Source: Tubiluchus corallicola (lineage: Eukaryota > Animalia > Priapulida). From it: 59,350 bases of DNA. Below the pieces are notes generated by a model that was not told the DNA's origin, made no database searches, and saw only the letters and a program-made list of their open reading frames with translations. The position numbers and the translations under genes are program-made. Each line of letters starts with the position of its first letter. The first letter of the stretch is position 1. Location: contig JAQGDQ010001150.1 in assembly GCA_030141605.1 (NCBI GenBank), positions 1 through 59,350 on the forward strand, in the 5' to 3' direction. This document shows, one piece after another, positions 12,695 through 25,436 of the stretch.

Positions 12695-13081
12695 ATGAAT
12701 CCTTGTGCAAAACATGTGTTTAGGTGGTTCATCTTTCTCACCCTGCTGTGCGCATCATCAGACGGATGTGGAAAAACGTACGTGGAGCTACTGATGAAAA
12801 GAGACATGGGATACTGCAAGAGCAGTACCGCCTATGGTCAAGGATTCATAGACCTGTGCTACAACTGCTCTAAAGGGGAAGGCGTCAAAAGTGCAAAGTT
12901 CTACAAGGGCTGCTGCTACGGGAACCCGCCAGAGTACAGGGAAAAATGTCCTTTTTTGGTAGGAAAGGAGCAGCTGGCGTTCAGTAGTGCAAAACATCAA
13001 CATCTGTCATTAATGTTTACTACGCTAGCAGTGAGCTCATATGTCATTTGCGATATTTTTAATAATATGTGTACTGTCTAA
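12695..13081 (+). CDS. Small secreted cysteine-rich protein / putative peptide-hormone precursor, 128 aa, nested antisense in the NUP188 intron
   Basis: Pyrimidine-rich acceptor (tttcctttttctag) directly before the ATG; hydrophobic signal-like N-terminus; KR site followed by a 6-Cys domain; AATAAA at 13126-13131; non-repetitive ORF. Confidence 0.75.
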   Translation: MNPCAKHVFRWFIFLTLLCASSDGCGKTYVELLMKRDMGYCKSSTAYGQGFIDLCYNCSKGEGVKSAKFYKGCCYGNPPEYREKCPFLVGKEQLAFSSAKHQHLSLMFTTLAVSSYVICDIFNNMCTV

Positions 13082-13659
13082 CATATCAAGTAATGCTTGC
13101 AGTCTTCCAGAAGAAAGTTTAATGCAATAAATAATCGTGTGAAAGGATATGGTTAGTTATTCTGTTTCTGTAACAATGGACTCACAGATTTGCAAGTCGG
13201 TTAATGCATTATGAACCTGAATTCTTTTCTCTCTCCTTTTTCGGTGAGCACATTTAGCCTGGCCGAAACTAGGAGAGGCGTTAGGGTAATTGAGACTGTA
13301 GGTAATTGTCTGCAGTTGAGATGATGGTAAAAGATAATGAAATAATTCATTGGATTTAAATCGGAAGAGGTGCTGACAAGCCAATGGCATAGAAGTGTCC
13401 AGTTTTTTGCTGGATCAACTGCTGTGTTTACCCGTCTTGAGGGCAGATTTCATTTATTTTAGAATTTTGCCTGTTCAACGTCTGTAATTGACGTAAGAGG
13501 AATATAATGATGATGATGCTGATGATGATGATGATATTTATACTTTGCTCGGAAGTGGTGCTGGCTTGTGTGCTCGGAAATGGTGCTGACAAGCCGCTGG
13601 CAAAGCTGTGTCTAGTTTTTTTGCTGAATTACTGCTGTGTTTACCTGTTTTGAGGAAAG

Positions 13660-13915
13660 ATTCCCGTTCACTGGAACAGAGGGGAAGAAATGGAGGGAAT
13701 TCCAACACAGCCTAGACACACCGGAAATTAAAATGGACAGAAAACTGTTCGAGAATTTCCCGTTCACTGGAGCAGAGGGGAAGAAATGGAGGGAATTCCA
13801 ACACAGCATAGACACACTGGGAATTAAAATGGACAGAAAACTGTTCGAGAATTTCCCGTTCACTGGAACAGAGGGGAAGAAATGGAGGGAATTCCCACAC
13901 AGCCTAGACACACTG
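13660..13915. repeat. Tandem repeat, ~96-bp unit, about 2.7 copies
   Basis: ttcccgttcactgga recurs three times. Confidence 0.85.
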
Positions 13916-14515
13916 GCAATGCACAGATAGTTCAAGCTTTTACATAGCAGCCCAATAGTTGAGATTTCAACCTAGCCTTGAACCGTAGTCAAGTCCACAC
14001 AAAACTAACCTAGCGCATGGCAGCTGTATAACACGAGGCACAAGCAAAGCTGTTGCAAACATCGATTAATCTCAGTTCAGTATTGTTACCCGTGTTGTGT
14101 GTAACTAGTGTAGAATTTACTACATCAGCTTACAGGTAGGAAATCAAATATTACTGTAGACACTCATTAAGGAGATCACATTTTATTGTAGCTTTGTATT
14201 TTATCGTGTGCCTTAACGTGTAACATGTTCTAATCTAGTGTAATTTTAAAAATTCCAAACCCAGAATGAGTGTATAGAAGTGATTTGTTTTAGTAATTAT
14301 CAAACTGTCATATATAATTCGTAATTCTAATCTAATCTAATCTAATCTAATCTAATCTAATCTCATCTAATCCTTTTTATTTACCTTGCAACACACGCAC
14401 AGTTATAACAAAATTAGTTTGGAAACAAAAATGTGAAGAAAGGGCAGCGAGTAATTTCTAATTTATTGACCACTTTAGCATAATTACATTATCACATTGT
14501 AACTGTTATACATCA

Positions 14516-15767
14516 AATCAAACTAGACAGCAAAAATGCTGGGAGTTACTCTCCGACAGTAAGCGTGAGGTGATACACACTTCTCTATTTACGGCAAGAA
14601 ACTCGCTAAGTAACTCGTCGAGCTGTTTCACACTAGACAGTAACTCGCAAGCCTGTTCAAACTAGACAGCAAAACTTGCCGGGAGTTACTCTCCGACAGT
14701 AAGCGTGAGGTGATACACACTTCTCTATTTACAGCAAGAAACTCACTAAGTAACTCGTCGACCTGTTTCACACTAGACAGTAACTTGCAAGCCTGTTCAA
14801 ACTAGACAGCAAAACTTGCTGGGAGTCACTCTCCGACAGTAAGCGTGAGGTGATACACACTTCTCTATTTACAGCAAGAAACTCACTAAGTAACTCGTCG
14901 ACCTGTTTCACACTAGACAGTAACTTGCAAGCCTGTTCAAACTAGACAGCAAAACTTGCTGGGAGTCACTCTCCGACAGTAAGCGTGAGGTGATACACAC
15001 TTCTCTATTTACGGCAAGAAACTCGCTAAGTAACTCGTCGAGCTGTTTCACACTAGACAGTAACTCGCAAGCCTGTTCAAACTAGACAGCAAAACTTGCC
15101 GGGAGTTACTCTCCGACAGTAAGCGTGAGGTGATACACACTTCTCTATTTACAGCAAGAAACTCACTAAGTAACTCGTCGACCTGTTTCACACTAGACAG
15201 TAACTTGCAAGCCTGTTCAAACTAGACAGCAAAACTTGCTGGGAGTTACTCTCTGACAGTAAGCGTGAGGTGATACACACTTCTCTATTTACGGCAAGAA
15301 ACTCGCTAAGTAACTCGTCGAGCTGTTTCACACTAGACAGTAACTCGCAAGCCTGTTCAAACTAGACAGCAAAACTTGCCGGGAGTTACTCTCCGACAGT
15401 AAGCGTGAGGTGATACACACTTCTCTATTTACGGCAAGAAACTCACCAAGTAACTCGTCGACCTGTTTCACACTAGACAGTAAATCGCAAGCCTGTTCAA
15501 ACTAGACAGCAAAACTTGCTGGGAGTCACTCTCCGACAGTAAGCGTGAGGTGATACACACTTCTCTATTTACGGCAAGAAACTCACCAAGTAACTCGTCG
15601 ACCTGTTTCACACTAGACAGTAAATCGCAAGCCTGTTCAAACTAGACAGCAAAACTTGCTGGGAGTCACTCTCCGACAGTAAGCGTGAGGTGATACACAC
15701 TTCTCTATTTACGGCAAGAAACTCACCAAGTAACTCGTCGACCTGTTTCACACTAGACAGTAACTCA
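14516..15767. repeat. Tandem repeat, 140-bp unit, 9 copies
   Basis: actagacagcaaaa at 14522, 14661, 14801 ... 15641. Confidence 0.95.
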
Positions 15768-15779
15768 CATGTTAGTTCA

Positions 15780-15910
15780 CACTTTTCTTCATCTATTAAA
15801 GTATTAAAATTATTAAAGTAATTTTAATACTTTAAATTAATAATTAAAGTATTATTAAAGTATTAAAATTACTTTAATAATTTTAATACTTTAATAGATG
15901 AAGAAAAGTG
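15780..15910. repeat. AT-rich palindrome with 56-bp perfect arms and a 19-nt spacer
   Basis: 15780-15835 is the exact reverse complement of 15855-15910. Confidence 0.9.
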
Positions 15911-16034
15911 CGTAGTATAAAAAAAGGAAAAAGCAACACTTACATGACCTACACATAAGATTGCCTATATTCATCTTACACACCACAAATAGTTTAACCC
16001 AACGCACGCGCTTACAGGTAAATTGCTTTCAGAA

Positions 16035-18237
16035 ATGATGGATCGTTCACTGGACAGACGCACCGTCTTGATGGGCGTGGGACTAACGGCGACACTGGGC
16101 GTGGTCGTGTACGGTTTTCTCAAGTCTCGACAGCGCAAGAAGAAATATGCCCATCTGGTTTGGAAACAGAATATGCCTGGTGCGATGGATAGTGATTTGT
16201 ATGAAGTTCCCGGCACAGGTAAATATTATTAGGGAGAGAGGTGATAATCATTTGATCAGTCACGGTGGTGTAACTAATAGGGAAGGAAGCGCTCCCTACT
16301 GAGCACATTTTCCAAAATTAGCGTCTTTTCAACGTTTATTAACTCTTTACTTCTCTTGAGCAATAAAAGTCGATATTTTTCTTATTTTTTTTAATCGCCT
16401 GGCCTTGGAAGAATTTTCTAGAATCATTACGTTATTTGACCAACCTGCCTGCCGGGTTTGTGAAACGAGCGTGCATTTATGCAACCTGCCTGCCGGGTTT
16501 CTGAAACGAGCGTGCGTTTATGCAACCTGCCTGCCGGGTTTGTGAAACGAGCGTGCATTTATGCAACCTGCCTGCCGGGTTTCTGAAACGAGCGTGCGTT
16601 TATGCAACCTGCCTGCCGGGTTTGTGAAACGAGCGTGCATTTATGCAACCTGCCTGCCGGGTTTGTGAAACGAGCGTGCATTTATGCAACCTGCCTACCG
16701 GGTTTGTGAAACGAGCGTGCATTTATGCAACCTGCCTGCCGGGTTTGTGAAACGAGCGTGCATTTATGCAACCTGCCTGCCGGGTTTGTGAAACGAGCGT
16801 GCATTTATGCAACCTGCCTGCCGGGTTTCTGAAACGAGCGTGCGTTTATGCAACCTGCCTGTCGGGTTTGTGAAATGAGCGTGCATTTACGCAACTCATT
16901 TGTCAAAGTCGACTTACTGATTCATTTGTTATGTCATTAGTTAAATAACACACGTTTTTATTACGTTTTGAGATTTGTGAATCTACTTTAAAACTCTTTT
17001 ATTGTTTTAATTTTAAATATGATATTAACAATTATGTAGTTCCTTAAAAACTGTATCTTTCTCGAGTTTTGATTTTAAACACAAAATTAAAATGTATACA
17101 CAGTGAATTGAAATGCATCACCAGGCCTTTTCTTATGTGCTTGCTCCCCTTAACTTTAGAACCTGGCTACGCCCCCCCCCCCGCCACAGTGTCATTTTTA
17201 TGTGCTTGCTCCCCTTAACTTTAGAACCTGGCTACGCCCCCTGTCACGGTGCCTTTTCTTATGTGCTTGCTCCCCTTAACTTTAGAACCTGGCTACGCCC
17301 CTTGTCACGGTGCCTTTTCTTATGTGCTTGCTCCCCTTAACTTTAGAACCTGACTACGCCCTCCCGCCACAGTGTCATTTTTATATGCTTGCTCCCCTTA
17401 ACTTTAGAAACTGCCTACGCCCCCCTGTCACGGTGTCTTTTTGCGTGCTTGCTCCCCTTAACTTTAGAACCTGGCTACGCCCCCTGTCACGGTGTCTTTT
17501 TACGTGCTTGCTCCCCTTAACTTTAGAAACTGCCTACGCCCCCCTGTCACGGTGTCTTTTTACGTGCTTGCTCCCCTTAACTTTAGAACCTGGCTGCGCC
17601 CCCCCCCCCCCGCCACAGTGTCATTTTTATGTGCTTGCTCCCCTTAACTTTAGAAACTGCCTACGCCCCCCCTGTCACGGTGTCTTTTTTATGTGCTTGC
17701 TCCCCTTAACTTTAGAGGTTGGCTAGGCCCCCCTGTCACAGAGTCTTTTTTACGTGCTTGCTCCCCTTAACTTTAGAACCTGGCTAGGCCCCTGTCACAG
17801 TGTGTTTTTACGTGCTTGCTCCCCTTAACTTTAGAACCTGGCTACGCCCCCTGTCACAGTGTCTTGTTTATGTGCTTGCTCCCCTTAACTTTAGAACCTG
17901 GCTACGCCCCCCTGGTCAGTCACCGTCAGAATTTGCAATAATTTCAATGATGCCATAGCAAGGGTGAGAAAAATTGGAAATATTGTAACCGAATGCACCT
18001 GAATGAGGCAAAACGTGGCAAATATCCTAGAACTTTGACGATATGAACTGCCATGAAATCTGTGAAGCACATTTTCAAAGCATGGGATTGACCTTTACGA
18101 TTTTCTAAGAGTGGAAACCTTTCAAACAGATTGTTTTGCACACGTTTTGACATTTTAGGCAGAAGATGATGCGACAAAAGGAGATGGTGTGGAAAGAAGG
18201 GGAGAGACACAGAGAGAGAGGAGAGAGAGAGAGAGAA

Positions 18238-18290
<53 letters not shown>

Positions 18291-18303
18291 CACAGAGAGA
18301 GAG

Positions 18304-18361
<58 letters not shown>

Positions 18362-21300
18362 GAGAGAGAGAGGGGGGACCATAACGAGTCAAGGTTCTTA
18401 AATGAATTCTCCATCAGTCAATTAAAATTGGTAAAATGACAAAAAAGTGATACAAAAATCAAACTGTTAATCACAGCTCGAATCTCCCCCCCCCCCCCCC
18501 ACAAACTTTAGCCTAATTTGTAATTAGAGTTGAAATTCAGGAGAAGTATATAGTTAGACATGTAAAAATTAGATATAGTTTCTCGGATTCTTTAGGAAAA
18601 AATGGATAGGTGGCCTACATTTGTTTATAATGACTGATGAAAACAAAGTAAAAAAAGAATCTATCATGACTTTTGAGCCGATTTTTTTTAGATTACTGGA
18701 TCTGGCGTAACTATTTTGACATAAAGGAGGCCATTGACAATTTCCAAATTTACGAGGACGATGTTTGGGTAGTCACGTATCCTAAAGCAGGTACCAATTA
18801 CTGATAATCCTATCTTCACTGGACTTCTGTAACTGTGTGTATTATTCAGTGCACCCCTTCAGTAGTTCTGTAACTGCCTGTATTATTCATTGCACCCCTC
18901 CCGTAGTTCTGTAACTGCATGTATTATTCATTGCACCCCTTCCGTAGTTCTGTAACTGCATGTATTATTCATTGCACCCCTTCAGTAGTTCTGTAACTGC
19001 CTGTATTATTCATTGCACCCCTCCTGTAGTTCTGTAACTGCCTGTATTATTCATTGCTCACCTTTAGTAGTTCTGTAACTACGTGTATTATTCATTGCAC
19101 ACCTTTAGTAGTTCTGTAACTGCATGTATTATTCATTGCACCCCTTCAGTAGTTCTGTAACTGCCTGTATTATTCATTGCACCCCTTCTGCAGTTCTGTA
19201 ACTACGTGTATTATTCATTGCACACCTTCAGTAGTTCTGTAACTGCATGTATTATTCATTGCACCCCTTCTGTAGTTCTGTAACTGCCTGTATTATTCAT
19301 TGCGCCCTTCTGTAGTTCTGTAACTACGTGTATAATTCATTGCACACCTTCAGTAGTTCTGTAACTGCCTGTATTATTCATTGCACCCCTTCTGTAGTTC
19401 TGTAACTGTGTGTTACTCATTGCACACCTTCAGTAGTTCTGTAACTGCCTGTATTATTCATTGCACCCCTTCCGTAGTTCTGTAACTGAGTGTATTATTC
19501 ATTGCACCCCTTCAGTAGTTCTGTAACTGCCTATGTTATTCATTGCACCCCTCCCGTAGTTCTGTAACTGCATGTATTATTCATTGCACCCCTTCCGTAG
19601 TTCTGTAACTGCCTGCATTATTCATTGCACCCCTTCCGTAGTTCTGTAACTGCGTGTATTATTCATTGCACCCCTCCGTATTTCTGTAACTGCATGTCTT
19701 ATTCAATGCACCCCTTCCGTGGTTCTGTAACTGCCTGTATTATTCATTGCACCCCTTCTGTAGTTCTGTAACTGCCTGTATTATTCATTGCACCCCTTCT
19801 GTAGTTCTGTAACTGCGTGTATTATTCATTGCACCCCTTCCGTAGTTCTGTAACTACGTGTATTATTCATTGCACCCCTTCCGTAGTTCTGTAACTACCT
19901 GTATTATTCATTGCACCCCTTCCGTAGTTCTGTAACTAATTGTATTATTCATTGCACCCCTTCTGTAGCTTTGTAAGTGCGGGTATTATTATTATTATTA
20001 TTAGTTGCACACTTCTATAGTTTTACAAAATTTTAAATCACACTAACAGCAATCTTATTAAAAGCTATTTTTTGATTCCATTGTTTTGCAACTTACACAA
20101 CGTGGCCATTTTACATAAATTTATTCCTGCCATTAAAATTTCGCTCAGGCAAAATCAGTTTATTGATTCGTTGCTCTTCTTACTGATTTATTGATTTTTT
20201 GGTTTCACCTTGATTCAAAGTTTTTCTCTGCTTATAATTTATAACCATCTTCTTGTAAATATCATTGAATAGAGTCACTGGTGAAATCCTTTGTTTCGTG
20301 TTGATTTTAATGTCCTCTGCTAAAACATTTTGAGCCACCTGTCAAAGTTCTGTGAGTTATGTTTCTACACAAGGAAGAAAGAACGCATTGATGTGATTGA
20401 CTGACTGACTAGGTGAGTGACTGATTAATGAACTTACTAATTGACAGACTCACTGACAACTGACTGTTTGACAGACTGATCAGGTGATTGACTGATTAAT
20501 TGACTGGCTGACTACTGATTGATGTATTGACTGATTGACTGACTGACTAGGTGAGTGACTGATTAATGAACTGACTAACTGACAGACTAACTGACAACTG
20601 ACTGTTTGACAGATTAATCAGGTGATTGACTGATTAATTGACTGGCTGACAACTGATTGATGTATTGACTGATTGACTGACTGACTAGGTGAGTGACTGA
20701 TTAATGAACTGACTAACTGACAGACTGACTGACAACTGACTGATTAGGTGATTGACTGTTTGATTGATTGGCTGATTAGCTTGATTTTTAGGCACAACAT
20801 GGACACAGGAGATTGTATGGCTAATCTGCAATGAAGCTGACACTGAAGCAGCTAAGAAGAGTCTGCTAGTCGACCGTTACAAGTTCATCGATGCTCCATA
20901 TGCGGACAACACGAAGGCGGCCCAGAGCATGCCTAGGCCGAGGTTCATCAAGTTGCATTTGCCAATAGGTCTACTGCCCAAACAGTTCATGCAAGTCAAA
21001 CCAAAGGTGCATTTGCCAATAGGTCTACTGCCCAAACAATTCATGCAAGTCAAACCAAAGGTGCATTTGCCGATAGGTCTACTGCCCAAACAGTTCATGC
21101 AAGTCAAACCAAAGGTGCATTTGCCAATAGGTCTACTGCCCAAACAGTTCATGCAAGTCAAACCAAAGGTGCATTTGCCAATAGGTCTACTGCCCAAACA
21201 GTTCATGCAAGTCAAACCAAAGTTGCATTTGCCAATAGGTCTACTGCCCAAACAGTTCATGCAAGTCAAACCAAAGGTGCATTTGCCAATAGGTCTACTG

Positions 21301-24300
21301 CCCAAACAGTTCATGCAAGTCAAACCAAAGGTGCACTTGCCAATAGGTCTACTGCCCAAACAGTTCATGCAAGTCAAACAAAAGGTGCATTTGCCAAGGT
21401 CTACTGCCCAAACAGTTCATGCAAGTCAAACCAAAGGTGCACTTGCCAATAGGTCTACTGCCCAAACAGTTCATGCAAGTCAAACCAAAGGTGCACTTGC
21501 CAATAGGTCTACTGCCCAAACAGTTCATGCAAGTCAAACCAAAGGTGCACTTGCCAATAGGTCTACTGCCCAAACAGTTCATGCAAGTCAAACCAAAGGT
21601 GCATTTGCCAATAGGTCTACTGCCCAAACAGTTCATGCAAGTCAACCCAAAGGTGCATTTGCCAATAGGTCTACTGCCCAAACAGTTCATGCAAGTCAAA
21701 CCAGAGGTGCATTTTCATCTACGCTGCTGCGACCCGGCACTCTATTCGATGACTCGATGACGGCGGCGAAGTCCATTTATTTATGTTTGCGGTTGCTGCA
21801 GGACCGGAACTCAGCTAATTATCACGGATATTGACAAAAAGAAGCAGAGCAAAGGGGGGTGACGGGGGCAATCGCAACCCGAGTGCAAGAGTGAAGCAGA
21901 GGCATAGCAAAGGGGGGTGACGGGGAGCAATCGCAACCCGATCGCAAGAGTGAAGCAGAGGCATAGCAAAGGGGGGTGACGGGGAGCAATCGCAACCCGA
22001 GCGCAAGAGTGAAGCAGAGGCATAGCAAAGGGGGGTGACGGGGGGCAATCGCAACCCGAGCGCTAGAGTGAAAGGGCGCAAAACTTTTCTAGAGTTCAAT
22101 GACTGTTAATGATTCAGGGTTTTCGAACTAAAGCAAAATTGCCTAGTCAGAGATCACAGGCAACTGACTTAATTACTACATACAGCCTAGAAAAATGCTG
22201 TTGTTATTTAAGGGCATGTGTAGGGTGTGGTGTGGCTTAGCAGATGAATAATTTTGGGAGAAACAGCGACGTTTCTCTAAATGTCGATTGTATTACTGTG
22301 AAACCCTGTAATGTTCTGCATCTTTCATAATCTTTGCATGTTTTAATGATTGAGCTCAATGTTTAAAGACTGTCGTGTTACGTGCAACTAATGCATAGAA
22401 AAGAGTTACTCTGCTGCAGTACCACAAATCAAACTCAGGGTGATTCTTAGAAAACGTTCATTTATCTTTATCCATCGTGTCGAAAGAGGAAAGTGGAGCT
22501 CAGGGAAGCAAAAACGCCAGCACAATTTGTGGCTTCACCCACGAAACAAATGATGAAAACATTAAAAGGGCAGGGGGTCAGAAGTTCTTTGCTCACGGGC
22601 AACAGAAGCACTTGCCACATCTCTGAAGAGAAGACACTACGTGAATAGAGGTTATTTAGCCAAATTTGGATGTGTATCTCTTAAAAAGAGAAATAGCAAG
22701 AGTCAACATGGCAGACGAAATTGCTGACAAGTAATTTCCTCCCAAAAGGTCACACATTAATTACTGACCATCTCCAGTGTTGCCTAATTTCACATTAAAG
22801 CGCACAGAATTGCCACTAATCTTAATTTAAAATTCAAAAAATCGTGTGCTATCAGTTAAGAGGGAATATGCAACATTTTCATCAACTTTTAAGATGCAGC
22901 GAAGCAGGCTCGTGTAATTTAATTTAATTCGATTCGATTCGATTCGATTCAATTCAATTCAATTTAATTTAATTTAATTTAATTTAAATTTAATTTAAAT
23001 TTCACAATGCTAATGTTTCAGCTAGTCTATACTACACGCAACCCGAAAGACACCCTGGTCTCGTTTTACCACTTTGTGAGGATGTTTAGCTTCACGGACA
23101 AAAGCAAATTCACGTTGTCAATGTTTATTCAACAACAAATTGATCAAGGTAACGTTTACTAATGCAGCCCAGTTTACAACTTGTGCATAACTGCATACCA
23201 TACTGTACTGACTAATTAATCTACCAATTACAGCGATGCACGGCGGTTTCTGGCACCACAACTTGGAAGCATGGAGACTAAGAAATGAACCGTTCTTTTT
23301 GTTTCTAAAATATGAAGATATGATAAGGGTACGTAAAAATTTGCATTGCTGTCTTACACAACCATCAAATGCTTAACCATCACTTTACACAGAATGGGAA
23401 TTATCGTTCACGATGGTTTTACTTACACATCATATCAGTTAGTCTTATACAGGGATGAGAATGACAAATTACAAAAAACTCTGAAACGGGCCATAGGCAG
23501 TAACAAATTGCAATTTTGTGACCATAGAGAGTCTCTAAGTGGACTTAAAATATCAGTTACCTTGTTTCATGCATAATTTAAAATACCCAACTATCAAGGA
23601 TACATGATACCTAATTGTCTCAAAAACGCCTAAGTACTGGCCGCTCCTATGCAAAAGTATATAAAAACTGTCTGCAATTGACTCAAATAACTTCGCACAA
23701 TTGATTCTATATTTTTATACATAGAGATCTACACGTGGTTACACTGATGCACGTGATGTAAACAAAGTGACGGCCTGCCAACTAGCGGTCAGTTTGTGAA
23801 ATAATGTACTGGGTCTGTAAAAATTTTCTCAACGAATTTACGCGATTTTTAAAAATGGCGCTACTGGTCTTCCAAAAACTCGGAATTCCGCGTATCCGCG
23901 GAAAATTCTCATCCCTGCTTATAGATGATTATTGAAAGAAAAATCAAACATTTTCAGAAACTAGAATAGGGTGTCATAATAAAGAATTGTTTGTTCAGGA
24001 CTTGCCGAAAGAAATTCGAAAAGTGGCAAAGTTTCTGGACAAGAATCTTACGGAAGATCAAGTTCAGCGAATAGCAGAGCACTGTAGCTTCGAAAGCATG
24101 AAAGAGAACCCTACCACAAACTTCACCTGGTTGAATGACCTAGGCTTTGCTAATGCAGGGGAACGCTTCATGCGCAAAGGTAACATCCTTCCCGTATATC
24201 AATGACGTGCCGGCAGAAACATTCTTCGCCTATAGATGGCCCTACTATAAAGTTGGCCTAACCAATAACAACGAGGCCTGCATATGGTGGTTGCCATGAC

Positions 24301-25077
24301 AGTGCCGTGGCAAAAATGAGTAAAAGAAAGTACCAATAGTGGCAGGTTTTCCTTTTACAACTTTCCAAGCAGCACAAGTAAATGGGAAAATGCTTCCTTA
24401 AATTTCAAACAGCGTGTGTACATGATCAAAAAATATTTCATTGATTTAATCATTGTTGAAGCCAATTATGTTATCCACAGGAATGGTTTTCAACACTTCT
24501 GAATATACTTACTTGCCACCAGAGCCATCTCGTAACTATTTTTCACAACTTTCCAACTAATAGAAACTCTTACAATATAATATTTTAGCACGAAAGTGGG
24601 GCGTTGTTTCTAATTTCTTTGCTGCCGAATTTGTTTGATGAATGAACAAAATATTACAGGGCCTAAAACTGATCCCCGAGGGATTCCCTTGTGTGTTTGT
24701 AACCAATCAATGGTTTCTCCTCCAATTTTAACTTGTTGAAATCTTGACAGAAGATGTGTTCTTATCTCAGCCTTGCATTTATGAATTATTTTGAAAGATT
24801 GAAGACTGAACAAAAGACTTGCAGTAATGAGTCGAGCACTAGACCACATAAATAATTCTGCTTGCTAAATTGCAACACAGTCGCATAAGGGCAGGTATTT
24901 TTAGCTTCAAATTCGATTTTGCTTCAGTATTTGACTTACTAATAGCAGCTGTTGCTGAACCTTTCAGGAAAAGTTGGAGATTGGAAAAACACGCTTAGCG
25001 AAGCACAAAGCGAAGCCATTGATGATCTCACGGCAAAGTGGCTCACACCGGAGGGACTAACTTTCGAATACGAATAA
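16035..25077 (+). CDS. PAPS-dependent sulfotransferase A (cytosolic SULT fold) with N-terminal hydrophobic segment, about 336 aa; exons 16035-16218, 18692-18790, 20792-21006, 23022-23148, 23234-23328, 23999-24179, 24968-25077
   Basis: All introns GT-AG and phase-compatible; motifs TYPKAGTTW, IKLHLP (catalytic His), RNPKDTLVS, FLKYEDM, FMRKGKVGDWK; 127/95/181-nt internal exons as in vertebrate SULT1 genes; AATAAA at 25106-25116. Confidence 0.92.
16263..17914. mobile_element. hAT-like non-autonomous element inflated by internal 42-bp and ~58-bp minisatellites
   Basis: Imperfect TIRs (CGGTGGTGTAACT / GGCTACGCCCCCCTG) and near-perfect 8-bp TSD atcagtca/gtcagtca. Confidence 0.6.
18199..18372. repeat. 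(GA)n microsatellite
   Basis: Direct inspection; a similar tract lies at 32123-32432. Confidence 0.95.
18826..19988. repeat. Minisatellite, ~41-bp unit, about 28 copies
   Basis: gtagttctgtaactgcctgtattattcattgcaccccttc repeated. Confidence 0.93.
20395..20780. repeat. (CTGA/TTGA)-rich compound repeat with higher-order duplication
   Basis: Direct inspection. Confidence 0.85.
20953..21713 (+). repeat. 54-bp exon-end/splice-donor tandem array, 14 copies
   Basis: Unit encodes [LV]HLPIGLLPKQFMQVKPK; copy 1 is the end of sulfotransferase A exon 3. Confidence 0.95.
21838..22072. repeat. Minisatellite, ~59-bp unit, 4 copies
   Basis: agcaaaggggggtgacgggg repeated. Confidence 0.9.
23450..23917. mobile_element. 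MITE with CAGGGATGAGAAT TIRs and 6-bp TSD
   Basis: TIRs CAGGGATGAGAAT/ATTCTCATCCCTG with cttata on both sides; second copy at 52349-52845. Confidence 0.8.
24620..24765 (-). mobile_element. LINE (CR1/L2-like) reverse transcriptase fragment
   Basis: LLSRFQQVKIG...KGIPRGSVLGPVIF is a degenerate form of the RT motif GVPQGSVLGPLLF. Confidence 0.7.
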
Positions 25078-25436
25078 CGCTAGCGTTACTCCTGAAACGA
25101 GCGGGAATAAAATAAAGTTTAGCAGGTTTAGCCGAGAGGAGCACCTCGTCAGGATACAGTCTACAACTACAGGATTAGTCTCTGAAACTATACGAATTAT
25201 GTAACGTTAATTAGATCAGGACTGTGAATGAGAAAAGTCAATAAACCATTACGGTTTATTTCACAACAACTGCTAACCTTGAAGTTGAAGAATGGAATGC
25301 TGAAAAATTGAGAACCAGTCCGGAGTTGAACCTTGAGACCTTGGAAGGGTTTCCACAGAATTTTAAAATCAATTTCCCTGACTTTTCCATGACTATTGAA
25401 ATAATATGACGCTACCGTTTGTTTACGTCTTTACAG

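Noticed and set aside
13612-13935. Repeat ORF FPFTGTEGKKWREF as an exon
   Set aside because: It is a 96-bp tandem repeat open on both strands, with no recognisable domain or convincing splice context
14516-15767. Regular arrays here, at 34433-35356 and at 55420-59350 as possible CRISPR arrays
   Set aside because: Units are fully repeated with no unique spacers, there are no cas genes, and the context is a spliced eukaryotic locus
17944-18414. SLSL/ERER ORFs, and similar ORFs at 32104-32565 and 33454-34003
   Set aside because: They are translations of simple-sequence repeats
20877-21834. Stand-alone repeat proteins (301-aa plus-strand ORF; CMNCLG minus-strand ORFs resembling zinc knuckles)
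   Set aside because: They are read-throughs of the 54-bp array derived from sulfotransferase exon 3
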